DNA of 64,000 nt from Takakia lepidozioides (lineage: Eukaryota; Plantae; Bryophyta). The position numbers and the translations under genes are program-made. The stretch lies in contig CM060731.1 of assembly GCA_030704615.1 (NCBI GenBank), positions 78,802,001 through 78,866,000 of the forward strand, given 5' to 3'. Shown piece by piece: positions 1 to 12,759 of this stretch. Below the pieces are notes generated by a model. That model was not told where the DNA came from, ran no database searches, and saw only the letters and a program-made list of their open reading frames with translations. Within the stretch, counting starts at the first letter, position 1, and each line of letters starts with the position of its first letter.

Positions 1-2000
1 ACCACCCTATTGGGCCATGTCTTTGGGATTAATCTCTCTGAAGACCAGTGTTTGGGACCCACTATAGCCAAGCTGAGGGACAGCTAATCTTCTGGGGCTC
101 TCGGTTCCTCTCCATTATTGGGAGGGCTCTGGTGGCTAACCAGATCCTTTTGGCCGGTATTTGGTATTTCGCCTCAACCTGGAGCCCGAGCTCGAAACAC
201 ATACTTAGAAACTTTATATGGGGTGCCCAATCGTTGGACTCTAACAAATGTCCCCAGGTATCTTGGATTCAAATCATAATGCCCAAGAAAATGGGTGGCC
301 TCGGAGTCTTGGATCCCGAAACCCAGATCAAAGCCCTGTTGAGAAAATGGCTCCCTAGATTCCTAAGTCTAGAAGGAGGTCAACTGGTGGAAACTTATGG
401 TGATGGGTACTATTTTTCCTCAGTTCACCCCTGGGCACCACGCAATGGTCTCCATCTTTGAGATGGATCACTCAAGGTTTTCGTCACAAATCCCCTGGCT
501 CTTCCCTTTGGACCTCTATTTGGTTGGCTTGGGGGAAGTGCAGACCTTTCCTGCGAAAAAAAGAGCCAGATTCATTTTTGAAGTGCTCAGGCAACACCTG
601 TTCCTCAACAAGCCAGTCCCATCAGCAGCGGAGAGGAGCCAAGCTACAAGATGGGCAGGGTGGGATGCAAGGGGACTCTCACAGGTCTCCCATCTATGGT
701 TCAGTACCCCTGAATCTCTTTCCAGAACTCTAGGCACCCAAAGGCTCTCCTCCAGTATAGCCTCGGTTCTGCAATCAATTCCAGATTCATGGAGACACAT
801 GCTCAGACAGGGCCCATCCTCTCCGTCTCTTTATCAGTGGGTGACCACACTTGATCACCACTTTTAGGTCATGTTTATAATGGAAGCCTCGCTTGATAAC
901 CTGGTGGGATTCGCAATCAGGGCCCATCCTTATACGGGTGCTCTCTCGCTACACTCATCCAACTCCATCACAATCCCATATACAAACACCCCACCAGCCA
1001 GAATCTGCTATTGGAACTCTAAGCTCAAAGATTTTTATCCATCCCTCCCATCCAACACGCACGTTCTACCATGGTTACGATCAGGAACCTTCATATGGAT
1101 AGGAGGCTAGTCCATCCAGGATCTGCAAATCGCCCAGCAGAATGGCAATGGGCATTCGGGGACAAAATTTGCTCCTTCTTATCTTACACGGCCAAGGGTG
1201 CCTACAGAGCGATGGTGCAGGCCAAGCCTCTAACCAAAAAATGGGATGACAGATGGGGCTTATTCCAATGTAGAGAGGAAAACTGGAAGTGCATATGGGC
1301 TCTGATTTGGGAAAAATCTAAACCAGCCAAACTCAGTGCATTTCTTTGGCAGATTGCAAATAGAGTTTTAAAGGTTGGGCAATTTCTGAACTTCCAAGAG
1401 GCTATTCTCTGCAGATGCTGCCCCATTGGGGTTATTGAGTCTTTGGAATACTACCTTATTTTCTGTAGAGGGCCGTCATCCATCTGGCCCTTGATATTGT
1501 CACTTTACAGGGTCTGGTCAGACATCGCTCAGGACCCCATAGCCCTCCTGCTTAATTACAACCAAACAACCAAGTCCAAGGTGTCCACATGCCCAATATT
1601 TGAGGCTCTCCGCTCGACAACGCTATGGCAAATTTGGAAGGCTCGGTGCAAATGGACATTAAACAATGCCTCCTCCTCCTGTACAGAAATCCTTGTTTGT
1701 GTTTTCTATGATGTTACTATTGCAGTTAAGTTGGCCTGGCAAAAACCATGTGTAGAAGCATACATGAAACCCGAACAAAAAGATTCCCTCCTTGCCTCCT
1801 TCAGAGCATCTTAGGGAAGAGGGGGAATCATTTGTTGCAGCATTGATACAGACTCCTGTACATGGGCAGACTCCATACCTGAACTTTGGAAACACCGATG
1901 GAGCACCGTCTTCGGCCTCCCCTGACTTGGACTCGGCAGATATAAATTGGAAGCACATAAGGAGGGGGTCTAAATCTAAGTTGATCTTCCTCAGATAGAA
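1..2000 (+). mobile_element. Degenerate L1-clade LINE, 3' part of ORF2 (RT C-terminus and zf-RVT); runs off the window's left edge
   Basis: Frameshifted ORFs 48-461, 397-867 and 1071-1814 carry L1 ORF2 motifs: 'LSIIGRALVANQILLAGIWY', 'VSWIQIIMPKKMGGLGVLD', 'KLSAFLWQIANRVL...CRCC...ESLEYYLIFC' and 'TLWQIWKARCKW'. Confidence 0.85.
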
Positions 2001-2189
2001 ATCTTCCGAGTTTCGCTCCTTGGCCGTTCTGGCTTGTGCTCTTACTGTTCGTCGTTCTGTTTGGTTCCCTATGCTCTAGGGCACCTCTCTCTCGTGGAGG
2101 TTTTCAATGCTATGAACTAATCCCAAATTAGCTCTCTGCACTATGGGCAAATCTTGCAACCAATAATAGAAGGGTAAATGGGTAAATGG

Positions 2190-3400
2190 TGGTACTCTGT
2201 CACAATCTGAGAATTGAAGGCTTGGCTTGTTGTTCACATCTTAATGGATATTAAAAAAACTACATAACTAGATTGTACTGAAAAATCAACAATGCCTTTT
2301 TCAATTGCCCTTCCATAATGCGTATTATGTCGCGTAACCAGTAAGAGACAATTTTGAGATGCCTCCCTCTTGTTGGCAACAAGGATGTGTGCATGGATGA
2401 CACTCTATTGCCTTTGATAAGTTTAAAGCTAAAAATAGGTGGTTGCTAGATGCACTAAATGGTTTTTATGCCCCCTTCATGAGCCCCGAGCAGAATTTCA
2501 CTCTGGATGAGCAAATGGTGAAGTACAACGATAAATACGTTGGAATCCAACAATATCTCAGTAATAAGCCCGTACAGTGGGGTCTGAAAATGTGGTGTTT
2601 GGCTTATGCATCTTCTAAAAGAAGTTAGTGGTTGGCTTTGGGAAAAATGGTGGGAATGATTTGACCCATGGTAGTGAATATGGAGTGGGAACAAGGTTGT
2701 TTGAGGGGTTTGAGGGTTTAAGGGTAATAATGGATAATTTTTTCAGTAGCCATAGCAGGTTCCATGATTTGATAGCAGAACATATTTATGCCACTGGTAC
2801 TATGAAAACAATGTGGGTGGGCTTTCTTTCTTACATTAATTTAGGTAAGAAGGGTGAGAGAGGTAGGCTGGAGTTTCATGTTCACATAAGTGGCAAAGTG
2901 GATGTTGTTGCTTGGATAAATGCTAAGTTGGTGACAGTAATATCCACGGCCATTTCTCAGGTGGTACCTGATTGCTTCATACAAAGATGGCACAAAGGAA
3001 CAAAACGTGCTTCCCCCCTCCCTTATTGTGATTCATTACCAAGAGCACATGAGGGGAGTGGATGTCCAAGATCAGTTGCGGGGTAACTACTCTATTCTGG
3101 ACCAAAGACCATAAATGGTGGCACCACTTGTACTTTCATGGAGTTGATGCTTCTTCGATGAATGCTTACATGTTGTACTTGGGGTTTATGACAGCAAAAG
3201 ACCGGACTCCTCGTATCCCAATTTGGAGGTTGCAAAGGGACTAACTGTAGGGTAGATTTCTCCCGGGAGAACATAAATGCTAAGGCTAGATGTGCCCAAT
3301 CCGGGGTCTGTGCACTTCTCCCTAAAGACTAGAGGGAGAGGAAGTGTGTTCAGTGCGGTGTTCAAAGAGGGGCTATCCTCTTTACGGCATTCAATCTATG
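2190..3400 (+). mobile_element. Degenerate piggyBac-like (DDE_Tnp_1_7/PGBD) transposase
   Basis: Motifs in canonical order across frameshifts: 'FTLDEQMVKY...QQYLSNKPVQWGLKMWCLA', 'VIMDNFFSS', 'IYATGT', 'KWWHHLYFHGVDASSMNAYMLY', then a Cys-rich tail (RKCVQCG, ~3340). TIRs and TTAA not identified. Confidence 0.8.
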
Positions 3401-6400
3401 CAGTAGTGTTTTGTCTAAATTGCTAAACACTATGGCATTTTTGAGAATAGGTTCTTACATGTTGTTGTTGGCTATGAAGTGGACTTACTAATTGTCCATG
3501 TCTAGTCGAGAGTCGTTTGACAAGTCCATGTAAGTGTGGGCTTAGTGCAACTATTACTGCAGAAAATATAATGTTAAGACCGGTGCAGCCTTGTGACCTT
3601 GAGTCCTAATTCTTTAGTTCAGTGGTAGTCCCCCTAGTCAAGCGGGGGTGCGCACAAATTCCACCACATAATTGTTGCAGCATGCTCTAAGAGCATCCCC
3701 ATCCTTGAGCCCGAAAGACTCCCTGTAACGCCAAAGATAGCATGATCGATACTGGCCTTGTGAGGTTCTTTGACGGGGTATCCCCGACTCGCGCACACCC
3801 TCCCCATTGAATCGCCCACGCTATCCTCCGCGAAGCTCAGCTCCCCATCCCCCTCTGGCGTTCCTATTGACAGAGGAGGCGTGGTCGTTGCCAAGCTGCT
3901 AACACGACATGGGCATACTCACGTTGACCTGTTTTTAGGGGCAGGTTCTGGGCCCTGTATATTGCGCTCCGGTTCAAGATGCGCATAGACATTTAGTGCC
4001 CGTCCTATATGGAATAGTGTTCAAGGGCAAGGGTATGGACGTTTTCCAGCACACTTCTAAACTGTATACATTCATATTCCGTTGCTGGGTTGGGTTCAGT
4101 GTAGGGTGGGGATGCTCTAAGTTGCCTCAGAGCTACACTACACTGAAAAATAACATCAAAACACTTACCAGAAAGTGACAAAGTTCATCATCAAAATCTA
4201 CAACATGCCAATTAATGTCGCATTTCAAAAGCGTTTGCTGTAGAAGCAACTTCTGAAGAAATCGTCAGATTGCACAATATATAGCATACCGGTAGGCAGG
4301 TAGGATCCAGGTGGACATATACACTTAATTCCAATTTGTTTTTCGCCGCGTCCAACCACCGCTAGGTGGAAATGAAAAAAAAAGGGCTAGTACCCGCAAG
4401 GGGAAGCCTAGGCTCTTATCTACGCTAGCTCCGGCTGGCGTCATATATGTATATGATGAGAGAGAGAGAGGAATAACGTACACAGTGGGACCCGAAGTCG
4501 TGGCCAATCCCTTGCTAATGCCCTCGCCAACTCTGGTGCATTCCTGCTGCCAATCTGTTGCTGCCTCCACATTTCTACCGCTTCCACAAAATGTACTAGA
4601 CCCTGCCTCTTCTTGCACTCCCTGACTTATCCGATCGTACCTCTCTTTTCTTGCACTCTCTACCCCCACCCTCACCCTCCCTCTCTTCGTACACTCATTC
4701 TTTCCCTACAGCCTGGCCAAGTGACCTCGTCCTACCTCTAAGTTATAACTGGCCTCCCTCCATTCCACAATCTTCTCTAAGCCAATTCTGTGCACTCCAA
4801 TGTCGGCCCCACATGCAATAGCCACCTTCACAAGGCATGCAATAGCCATGTGGCCCGCATAGACGTCCAGGTCCCTTTGATTGATTTGGTTGATTTTTTT
4901 GAACGATTGGGGATACATATAGCACTCACTCAACAAAGAGTGAGCTTTCTACTTTCTACTGCCAAGGGGTATTGTCCGGTATGGCTTCAAATGTAGGTAA
5001 GACCTGGGGAAGGGACATCAGGATAAAAGCACTACGTGTGGTGGGAGAAGCCAATAAATATCTTGATCTCTACCGTACCCGGAGCTGGCGGGTATCATAA
5101 AACTCATAGACGGCCGATAAGCAGAACCAAAATAGTAAATACACATACCCTACCACTGGTAGTATCTGGATGTAAAAAAGACAGATATACCTCGAACCCG
5201 ACAGGGTAGTCACTGTAAAGGGCGAATGACACCCTCACAACACTGGTAGCAGCCGAGAATTATTTTCGGGCGAATTCAGCGATGCCCCAAGGAACAATCA
5301 GGCTGTTTCTGGAGTCCACTCCACACAGCTCCGTTAGATTCATAGGAAGCACAGCATCAACCAATCACACCACATCCAGCCCACATATATCTCAACGTAC
5401 ATTACAATGTACCTCATGTACGTCCTTTCCTCTGAATCTTTCACACTAAGGTTCAGATTTCAGAAACCCGCGAGGAGAAGGGCCCACCTCAGATCTTAGT
5501 GCTCTTCACCACAAGTGTTGGTACAATCAAACACGACAGTACCGGAACAAACAAATGCAATTCAATACAGTAGCTCGCCCACAATTACACAGAGCGAGTC
5601 TGTCTCATTCAAGTCCCAACTGAACGCCTGCAGGTGTGAGGAAACTGCGACATCAGTGTGCGCCTCACACGCCTTCCAAAAGCAGCAACCCCATTCAAGA
5701 CCCCACTGCTCCCTCTCCTCTGCGCGAGATTGTAAGTATCCTGTCAGTCCTCCCAACATGCCCCCCGACTCTGCCGGATTGCCCTAAATGATGGATGAAC
5801 TCGAGATGAAGATCAGACATTCGTCGCTTTCGTGGTGTTTGACGGATGTTCTCTTTCCAAAGATGGATGAGGAATGGTGATGGTTACGGGCCTATGACCG
5901 AGGTATCTGACCCGAAGTCGAGACGGGTGACCCGCAAGGGGTGGTTTGGGGCCACCCGGTCCCAGCGGCGGTCCCAGCGGCAGTCCCAGCGGCAATATAA
6001 ATTCGAAACCGCACAGAGAGGGTGAATGAGAAGCATCCGAAAAGTGGCAGATCAATGCAGAATATGGAAGGGATGGATGAACTATTGCGTCACCGACCAA
6101 AGGATGCAGCCGGGCAGGTTCCGCCGGTCGCTGGGCTGCGGTCCTGAGCCGCCGCGGCCGTCACGCCACGTCACCGGGTCGGTGTCCTGGCGCCTTACGG
6201 GTTACGGGTTATCACAAAAGTTACAAGCTACTCACCCTACGTAACGTAGCTAGTAAGCTACGTTTTTACTAGTTGGTGCCTGGAAAGGGAGGATCGGTAG
6301 GGCGAGGGTAGGTCGGGGCTTGCGAGGGGGGGGGGACAACCGTATGCTTTCCAAATACAAACGGCATTGACCCTGGTTGAAGGCTCGTGGGTTGTGGTAG

Positions 6401-8380
6401 GCAGATTTTGTGGCGGCCAAGCACGTTCAGTCCTCCATAGTAGGAGCTTCGATGCGTACTATTCGCCGGAGGAGTAGAGTCAAGGAAGGGACTTTATTAC
6501 TGTAAATGGCTCTGCGCTGAAGTCTCACAAGGCGAAAAGATTCATGGTGGACCCTAGAGTACATTGCAGCATGATCTTTTGTGCAGACCTGATTGTCAAG
6601 TTTTAGATGGTCCACTCAGATTCGGCGGTGAGGCTATATGTCTACATATTACTCACCTCGCGAACTGCAGAGAAATGAGGAATCGAAACCGTTGAACGGT
6701 TGCCTTACTCAACTTCTAATTTAAACCATCAGGAATAGTAAATCTGGTTGCTGCAGGAAGGCAAATGAAGGTGTGCATCCGTTAGTCTTGCAGCCTCAAT
6801 ATGCTATCTAGTCCCTATGTAATATGTACTTGTATGATTGTCAGGAATCGTCCAGGAGCCAGCGGGGTGGACAAGGTTTTGTTCCAACAGCGGGTGAGCT
6901 AGGTGACCCACAACTAGCCGAGCGTCGTCCCAGAGCCGTGGATCCATGCTTGGTGGTGAGCCCGCAGGAAAACAACTCTCCATCTTATTAGCGGACTGCG
7001 CCACTGTGGAGGCAGCGCAAATCCTGTCAGCGGCCTGGACAAAAACAGGCTATCCAGAAGCATTCTCAAAACCGGTAAAGTCGGGCGTCACACGCTTAAC
7101 TTATACAATAACGGCTACAGTATTTGCACAGACAACTACTGCTGCAGGACTTAGTTCTCCTGACAGTGGCACAGTGATGTGCTCGTCATACGGCTCTACG
7201 TCTTCACATCGAGTACTTTCTCTGTCCTCCACGCACCAGCATTGTTTTCTACCTCTCTTTGCCTCCGCACCAGTATCCCTGGTTGCTCTGGTTGCTACAA
7301 TTACCTAGTGTAGACGGCGTCATCTTTGCAACCGAATCCAGGACCGATCAAACATAGTATTTTTTGGATAACTAACACACCTCAGCAATCGTGCGGTGGC
7401 TGCAGAAGTCATCTAATACATACTCCCATACCCCAGCGATCCCTTATTAGTGAACCGAAACGGCTGGAGAGTTTTACCTCACGGGCTCGCCCAAAGGCCG
7501 CTTATAGGGCAGAATCGGCCAAACCCGGCCCGTTCTCTAGTACGTTAATGTGCTGGAGACTTGAATTCCCGTAATGAAACCCCCCTCTAACCTTCACTCC
7601 ATCCAGCAAGACAATGCTCACCTATACGCGGCTGCCTCGCTGGCCCAGCCCGAGCGCAACTCCATCCAACAGCAGGCGCGAGGAAGGAGCCCGCAGACCG
7701 TATATACCTATACAAAGCCATGATCGTGGTGTACTATTAATTTTATGCCCCTCAAAGATTCCTAGAAGATTCTTTTTTCATCCATCCGGTGACCCGGATC
7801 CCGAGGACGTGACAACCGGGCGCGCCTCAAGCGGCTCAGATCAACGCTGCCAAGGTCGGTTCACCCGTCAGACGGCCGGGCCCCGATTCCCGGGCACCAA
7901 TGACTTTTGTAAACCCGCGGCGGAATAATCCAGCTCTGTAGGATAGATAAAGTTATTTTAAACTCTGTTCATCCGTGATGGTTAGTTGTTCGTTACATCC
8001 ATGGCGCGCGGGTACCGGTGGGCGAGGAGCAGGGATAGGGGAGCGGATCACACGACCGTTGGCGTGAATGTGCGGGCCTCGGTTGCGGGCGGGCGAAGCA
8101 GCGAGGAAGGGCACAGCGAGCGGGAGGGCGGAGGAGAGGGAGCGAGCGAGGAGATGAAGAGTGAGCGTATGGCGAGGGAGGCATGCCAACGTCGTGCGTG
8201 GAGCCCGTACTTACACCGACCGGAACTTGTCAGGAAAAAGCCTGCGAGGAGGTGCGAGGCGGAACACCCTGGGGCCTCGATAGGGGCGTTGGAGCATTGG
8301 TAGCCAGTGCTATAAGTACCAATCGTGCATTGCTTTGTCCTGGTTGAGGAGAGATTTGGAAGGGTGTAAGTGGGAGCCAG

Positions 8381-8750
8381 TGCATGTCTGTGAAGCCAGT
8401 AGAGGAAAGGAGAGTGTATAGCGGCGGTGTGTAAGAAGAGTGCATCGTTACTGTGAAGGAGCGGCTGTGGCTTGTTTGAAGGCAATGTCACTGTTGTAGT
8501 ATCAAGACTTTCAGTCTCTGCGACCGTGAGTGGCAGATCTTGCAATATTATTGTGTTGTAAAGCAGACGCATGTCTGTGAAGCCAGTAGAGGAAAGGACA
8601 GTGTGTAGCGGCGCTGTGTAAGAAGAGTGCATCGTTGCTGTGAAGGAGCGGCTGTGGCTTGTGTGCAGGCAATGTCACTGTTGTAGCATCAAGAGTTTCA
8701 GTATCACCGTGAGTGGCAGATCTTGCAATAATATTGTGTTGTAAAGCAGA
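8381..8750. repeat. Tandem duplication, 2 x ~185 bp, upstream of the CML gene
   Basis: 'gcatgtctgtgaagccagtagaggaaagg...gatcttgcaata..ttgtgttgtaaagcaga' occurs at ~8381-8567 and ~8569-8750 with few differences. Confidence 0.9.
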
Positions 8751-9158
8751 AAGGGAGGACGTTCGACGAGCCTCGTGTCGTGGTGTCAACGCATTACGGC
8801 GATCAGATTTCTCCTGTTCTGTGAAGAGCAGTCAAAGAGGATTGGTTTCTTGCTTATCTATTCAGGCCGGTTACGTTTCTGGAGGGGAGCTAACCCGTTA
8901 CTGTTCATGGTTGCACGAAGTCTTTGTCTTTAGTTGAGACTCGGAAGTGTACGGAGAAATACCGGTCTGTTGGATGTGCTGAGTTTCTATTGCATGTCGC
9001 GGGCGTCGAGGTGGTTCTTCCTAATGGCGAACTTCCGAATCTGGCCTTAAGCAGCACTGGTGACAGAAGGCCGGCAGAAAAAAGCTCCTTACGGTACTTG
9101 TGGAAATCTTCCAGTTGTGAGCCTAATACTCATTGCGAAGTTTAAAGAGTGGGAAAAC

Positions 9159-9929
9159 ATGAGGCTTCAAAAGTTCTTCCAAAGCAGAAAGTCTCAGTCC
9201 CCCTCTCAGTCCCCCTCACTTGACTCATCCTCTCTGTCCTCTCATGAGTCGTCGATGTCATCATCCTCCTCCACACGCTCACAACCGGAAAGGAGTTTGG
9301 AGTCCGGAAAGAATAACTCCCACAACCGGAAGATGTTTCCTCTGTTCTCGAGGAAAGCCAGTTCCCTCTCTAAGCAGGCATCGGACTCCTCCCTACTGGT
9401 GAATACTTCATTCAAGACAGAGGGTTCGTCATTCAAGTCCGAAATCCAGCAACAACCGGACTTTGTGCCATCATCAGCAGAGCTGGCGGAGGCTTTCAGA
9501 TACTTCGACGCCAATGGGGATGGGAAGATCTCAGCAACCGAGCTTGGCTCTGTCCTTCGTTCTCTGGGGGATAATCCTTCTGACAAGGAGCTTGAGAGGA
9601 TGGTGGAGGAAGTGGATGCCGATGGTGATGGGTTCATCGACCTGCAGGAGTTCATTAACCTCAATACTATGGCCTTGGGATCGACTGAAGGTGTGGACGG
9701 AGAGAACACGTGTGAAGATGTGATGAAGGCTGCCTTCCACATGTTCGATATCGACAGGAACGGTTTCATTTCGGCAGACGAACTTCATCGCGTCATGCTC
9801 GGCTTGGGTGACAAAAGCCTAACAATGGAAGAGTGTCGCTGTATGATAAAGTCCTTCGACAAGGATGGTGACGGCTTCGTCAATTTCGAAGAATTTCAAT
9901 GGATGATGAGTGGCAATTGTGTTTGCTAG
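9159..9929 (+). CDS. Calmodulin-like protein (4 EF-hands, Ser-rich N-terminal extension), intronless
   Basis: EF-hand loops DANGDGKISATE, DADGDGFIDLQE, DIDRNGFISADE and DKDGDGFVNFEE. First in-frame ATG is at 9159 in ORF 9060-9929. Confidence 0.93.
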   Translation: MRLQKFFQSRKSQSPSQSPSLDSSSLSSHESSMSSSSSTRSQPERSLESGKNNSHNRKMFPLFSRKASSLSKQASDSSLLVNTSFKTEGSSFKSEIQQQPDFVPSSAELAEAFRYFDANGDGKISATELGSVLRSLGDNPSDKELERMVEEVDADGDGFIDLQEFINLNTMALGSTEGVDGENTCEDVMKAAFHMFDIDRNGFISADELHRVMLGLGDKSLTMEECRCMIKSFDKDGDGFVNFEEFQWMMSGNCVC

Positions 9930-10849
9930 AGGTTGTGATTAGGGATGGCAATGATGGGCAGATTTCAATTCGGGGTTGCTGAGGGTGGAGAGATGATCTG
10001 AGATTTAGTATACCAATAAGAGGATAGTAAAAGCTTACTGCATGATCAATAGCATTGCCCCTCTTCAATTTTTTGAGTTCGTTTAGTGAGGAGTTACCTG
10101 AAGGTGAACAGATTGGTTTCTTGGCAGAGATACAGAGAGGAAGTCTTTGGAAAGTCACCTTAAGCTTGATTGATAGTGTACGAGATGATGATGGAACTTG
10201 GAACTGTTTACTAGCATGTAAATGTGGTCAGGTTGCCTGGTTTTCTTTCCCGCCTTTTGTGTCAGGGAGGAAAGTTGCTGTCAGATTAGACAGCCTTGGC
10301 GTGTACACTACTCAGGTTAAATCATGCTGTTGTTCAAGTGAAGAAAGGTCCATGGACCTTTCTGACACCAGCCAGCTTTTCACTAATCAATGATCAGCTC
10401 CCTTTGTCTCCGTCTGTCTTCCACTGTGGCTCTGTATGGACTTCTCCGCTTATCTGTGAATGCACGATATAAGTTTCTAAGGACTCTTTAAATATCTCTC
10501 ACTCAATGTGTCCAATTATATGCTTTGGCACCGTGCAAACACATAATTTTGGTTTGTAAATGATAGATTTGGCTGTCAATTCATTGCGTATATCAATTTG
10601 TGTGCTTGTTTTGAGCTGTGCTTGGTCTGTACAGCTATCCTTATGTCAAGATAGGACTATTGTCAGAAGAGCTGTGACCCTTCAGCTCTAGCCGAGGCAG
10701 TACTATTGAGGATCATTGTGCCTGTCAGGTGTGTATCCTTCAGACTATGTGGCACCAAGCACCCGGCCAAGTTTTCTGCACTTCTCTTTGCTTCTGTTTC
10801 TGTTCTCTGTTCCTTGGGCCTTGCGAAGCACTTGATACATTTTCATTCA

Positions 10850-11620
10850 AGTACCATTTCATTTCATTTCCTTTCTTTTCTTTCTCCCTCAAAAGATCTT
10901 TCTTTCAGCTTGCACCGTGCGCACCCAGGAAATTGAAACTGAAGAACACTTCGTCTTTTATTCCTCTCTATATTTTGAGGTCTGTGAGGGATTCCACTGA
11001 ATATTTTGTGAACTCAATCTCTCACTGAAGTCTTCCACTATGATGATCAGAAATGCTTGGCAGTTACCTGCACTGAGGCCTTGACCCTTAGACAATCCCT
11101 TGAACAATAGTTGCTTATTTTTGGCTCTGGTTTTGTTTACTCTCTCTTGTTTTTCCATCAGCTCTTTGAGCTTTCCGCAGATGTGACGTGTCATTTCATC
11201 TCATTCGCGAAGAGGTATTCTTGCTCCTCCGTGATGATAGAATCTTGCAGCCTGATTACCTGTCCGCAGCTGTTCTCCTTCTGGTAGGTGGGACTACCTA
11301 CAGTGCGAGGAATGCCTGTGCCCAGCTTGCGCCATGAATAATAGTAGGGAAATGGCAGGTGAAGAACATTTCTTAGTTCACTGTTCTTTATACTAAGACT
11401 TTCGGAAGATAATATTCTGTTCCAAGATAGCCAAAGGTGTCCCATTGTGAGGGTTGGAAATGTGCAGCAGCATATCTGCATGAGGTGTTGACTCTTAGAC
11501 AGTCCCTTGATCAATAGTTATTTTTGGGCTGCTTGTGGGGGACCTAACTCTTTCTTGTTTCACTCTTCCCTGTCCCATAAGCTCTTTGAGCTTCCCCTTG
11601 AGGTTATGAAGTAGCATTTC
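10850..11620 (+). mobile_element. Clustered 3'-end fragments of LINE family B ((ATTTC)n-tailed, RTE/RTEX-like)
   Basis: 'gaaattgaaactgaagaacacttc...gatcagaaatgcttggcagttacctgca...gctctttgagctttccgcagatg...catttcat' matches the reverse complement of 15790-16090. A second degraded copy lies at ~11350-11620. Confidence 0.7.
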
Positions 11621-12759
11621 ACTTCTCAAAGCTCAGCTACATCTCTTCCAGGGATACCATTTTGGAATGGCTTCTGCTTCCATTTGAGTAAATCTCCTGT
11701 GCAGATCTGGATAAAAGTTATTCAATTTGAGGTCCACCTCTGCTGTCTAGAAATCCACGGGGCTGCAAGGTCTTTACTCTCTCGTTTTGTACTAGAATGC
11801 TGCTCCTTCTTTGGTCATATTCACGCCGACCTCTGTCCCCATGTTACAGTGCCATGGATAGAGCTACCACCAAAGACAGTACTATCAAAAGTAAGTTACT
11901 CTTTTACGGCGTTGACATTCTCTTCAGCATATTTGAGCATAGATATTGCATCTGTCTTTTCAACAATGTTGAAGTTACAAAAGTAGATAGATTGCTTCTC
12001 CTGCATCTCTCTGTGCAACAAGATCTGACCAAACAGTGTGAAGACAGGGGAGGAGGAGAAGGTTTCTGTCCAAAAGAACCCACAGTGAACCTTTGCACAA
12101 TAATACTCAGCACTCACTAGAGAGTTTTGGAATACTTCAAAACCCGCACTCCATGCTATTCTGTTATTGAGCAGAAGTGTTCTGTCTGAATGACGCAATT
12201 ATGTCAACCATACATAACCACCCAGGGCCTTCTTGCATAATGTCTCTTTTATATGTGATATTATCATACATGGAAAGTATCTCTGCCCAGAAATACTAAC
12301 CCTCTTTGTCAACATAACACCCTCACCTACTTCATTATTATATGACATTATCATACATTCAGATTTCGGAGAGTATCTGTGCCCAGAAATACTATACACT
12401 AGAACTCTCAATGTCTTCAACGCAATAACCTTCCCTACTTTTGAGAGGGAAAAGCACCCCTTCGGTGTTGCTTACCTGAGAAACAGGTAGGATGATGAAA
12501 TTTCCACTGCTTGATATGCGCAAGAATTTCCCCCGTTCGGAAGCAGATTTTTCCCGAAACTGGTATGCAGCTGTTAGTTTCATGTAATTCTGGTAGCAGG
12601 TGAAGCTGCTGGAGAGGACGAGCTTGTAGAGGAATGAATGCCTAACGATCTAGCTCTCCGCATATTATGCTGTTTTGCACTGCAAAATCTGATCCCTGTC
12701 TATCTGGTTTTTTAACAACGGGTCCCATGCTAGCCAGATCAAGGCTCACTCTACTGTCC

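Noticed and set aside
3600-8300. Short ORFs, (ggtcccagcggc)x3 at ~5957-5992 and GC-rich patches
   Set aside because: No recognisable domain, splice chain, TIR or RNA-gene structure.
9242-9769. Long antisense ORFs over the CML (and likewise over the PPR and RT genes)
   Set aside because: Shadow ORFs of real coding sequence with no independent support.
11700-12150. Faint RT-like peptide ('HCGFF..VFTL..EKQSIYFCNF') on the minus strand
   Set aside because: Probably an old LINE remnant, but too degraded to support a call.
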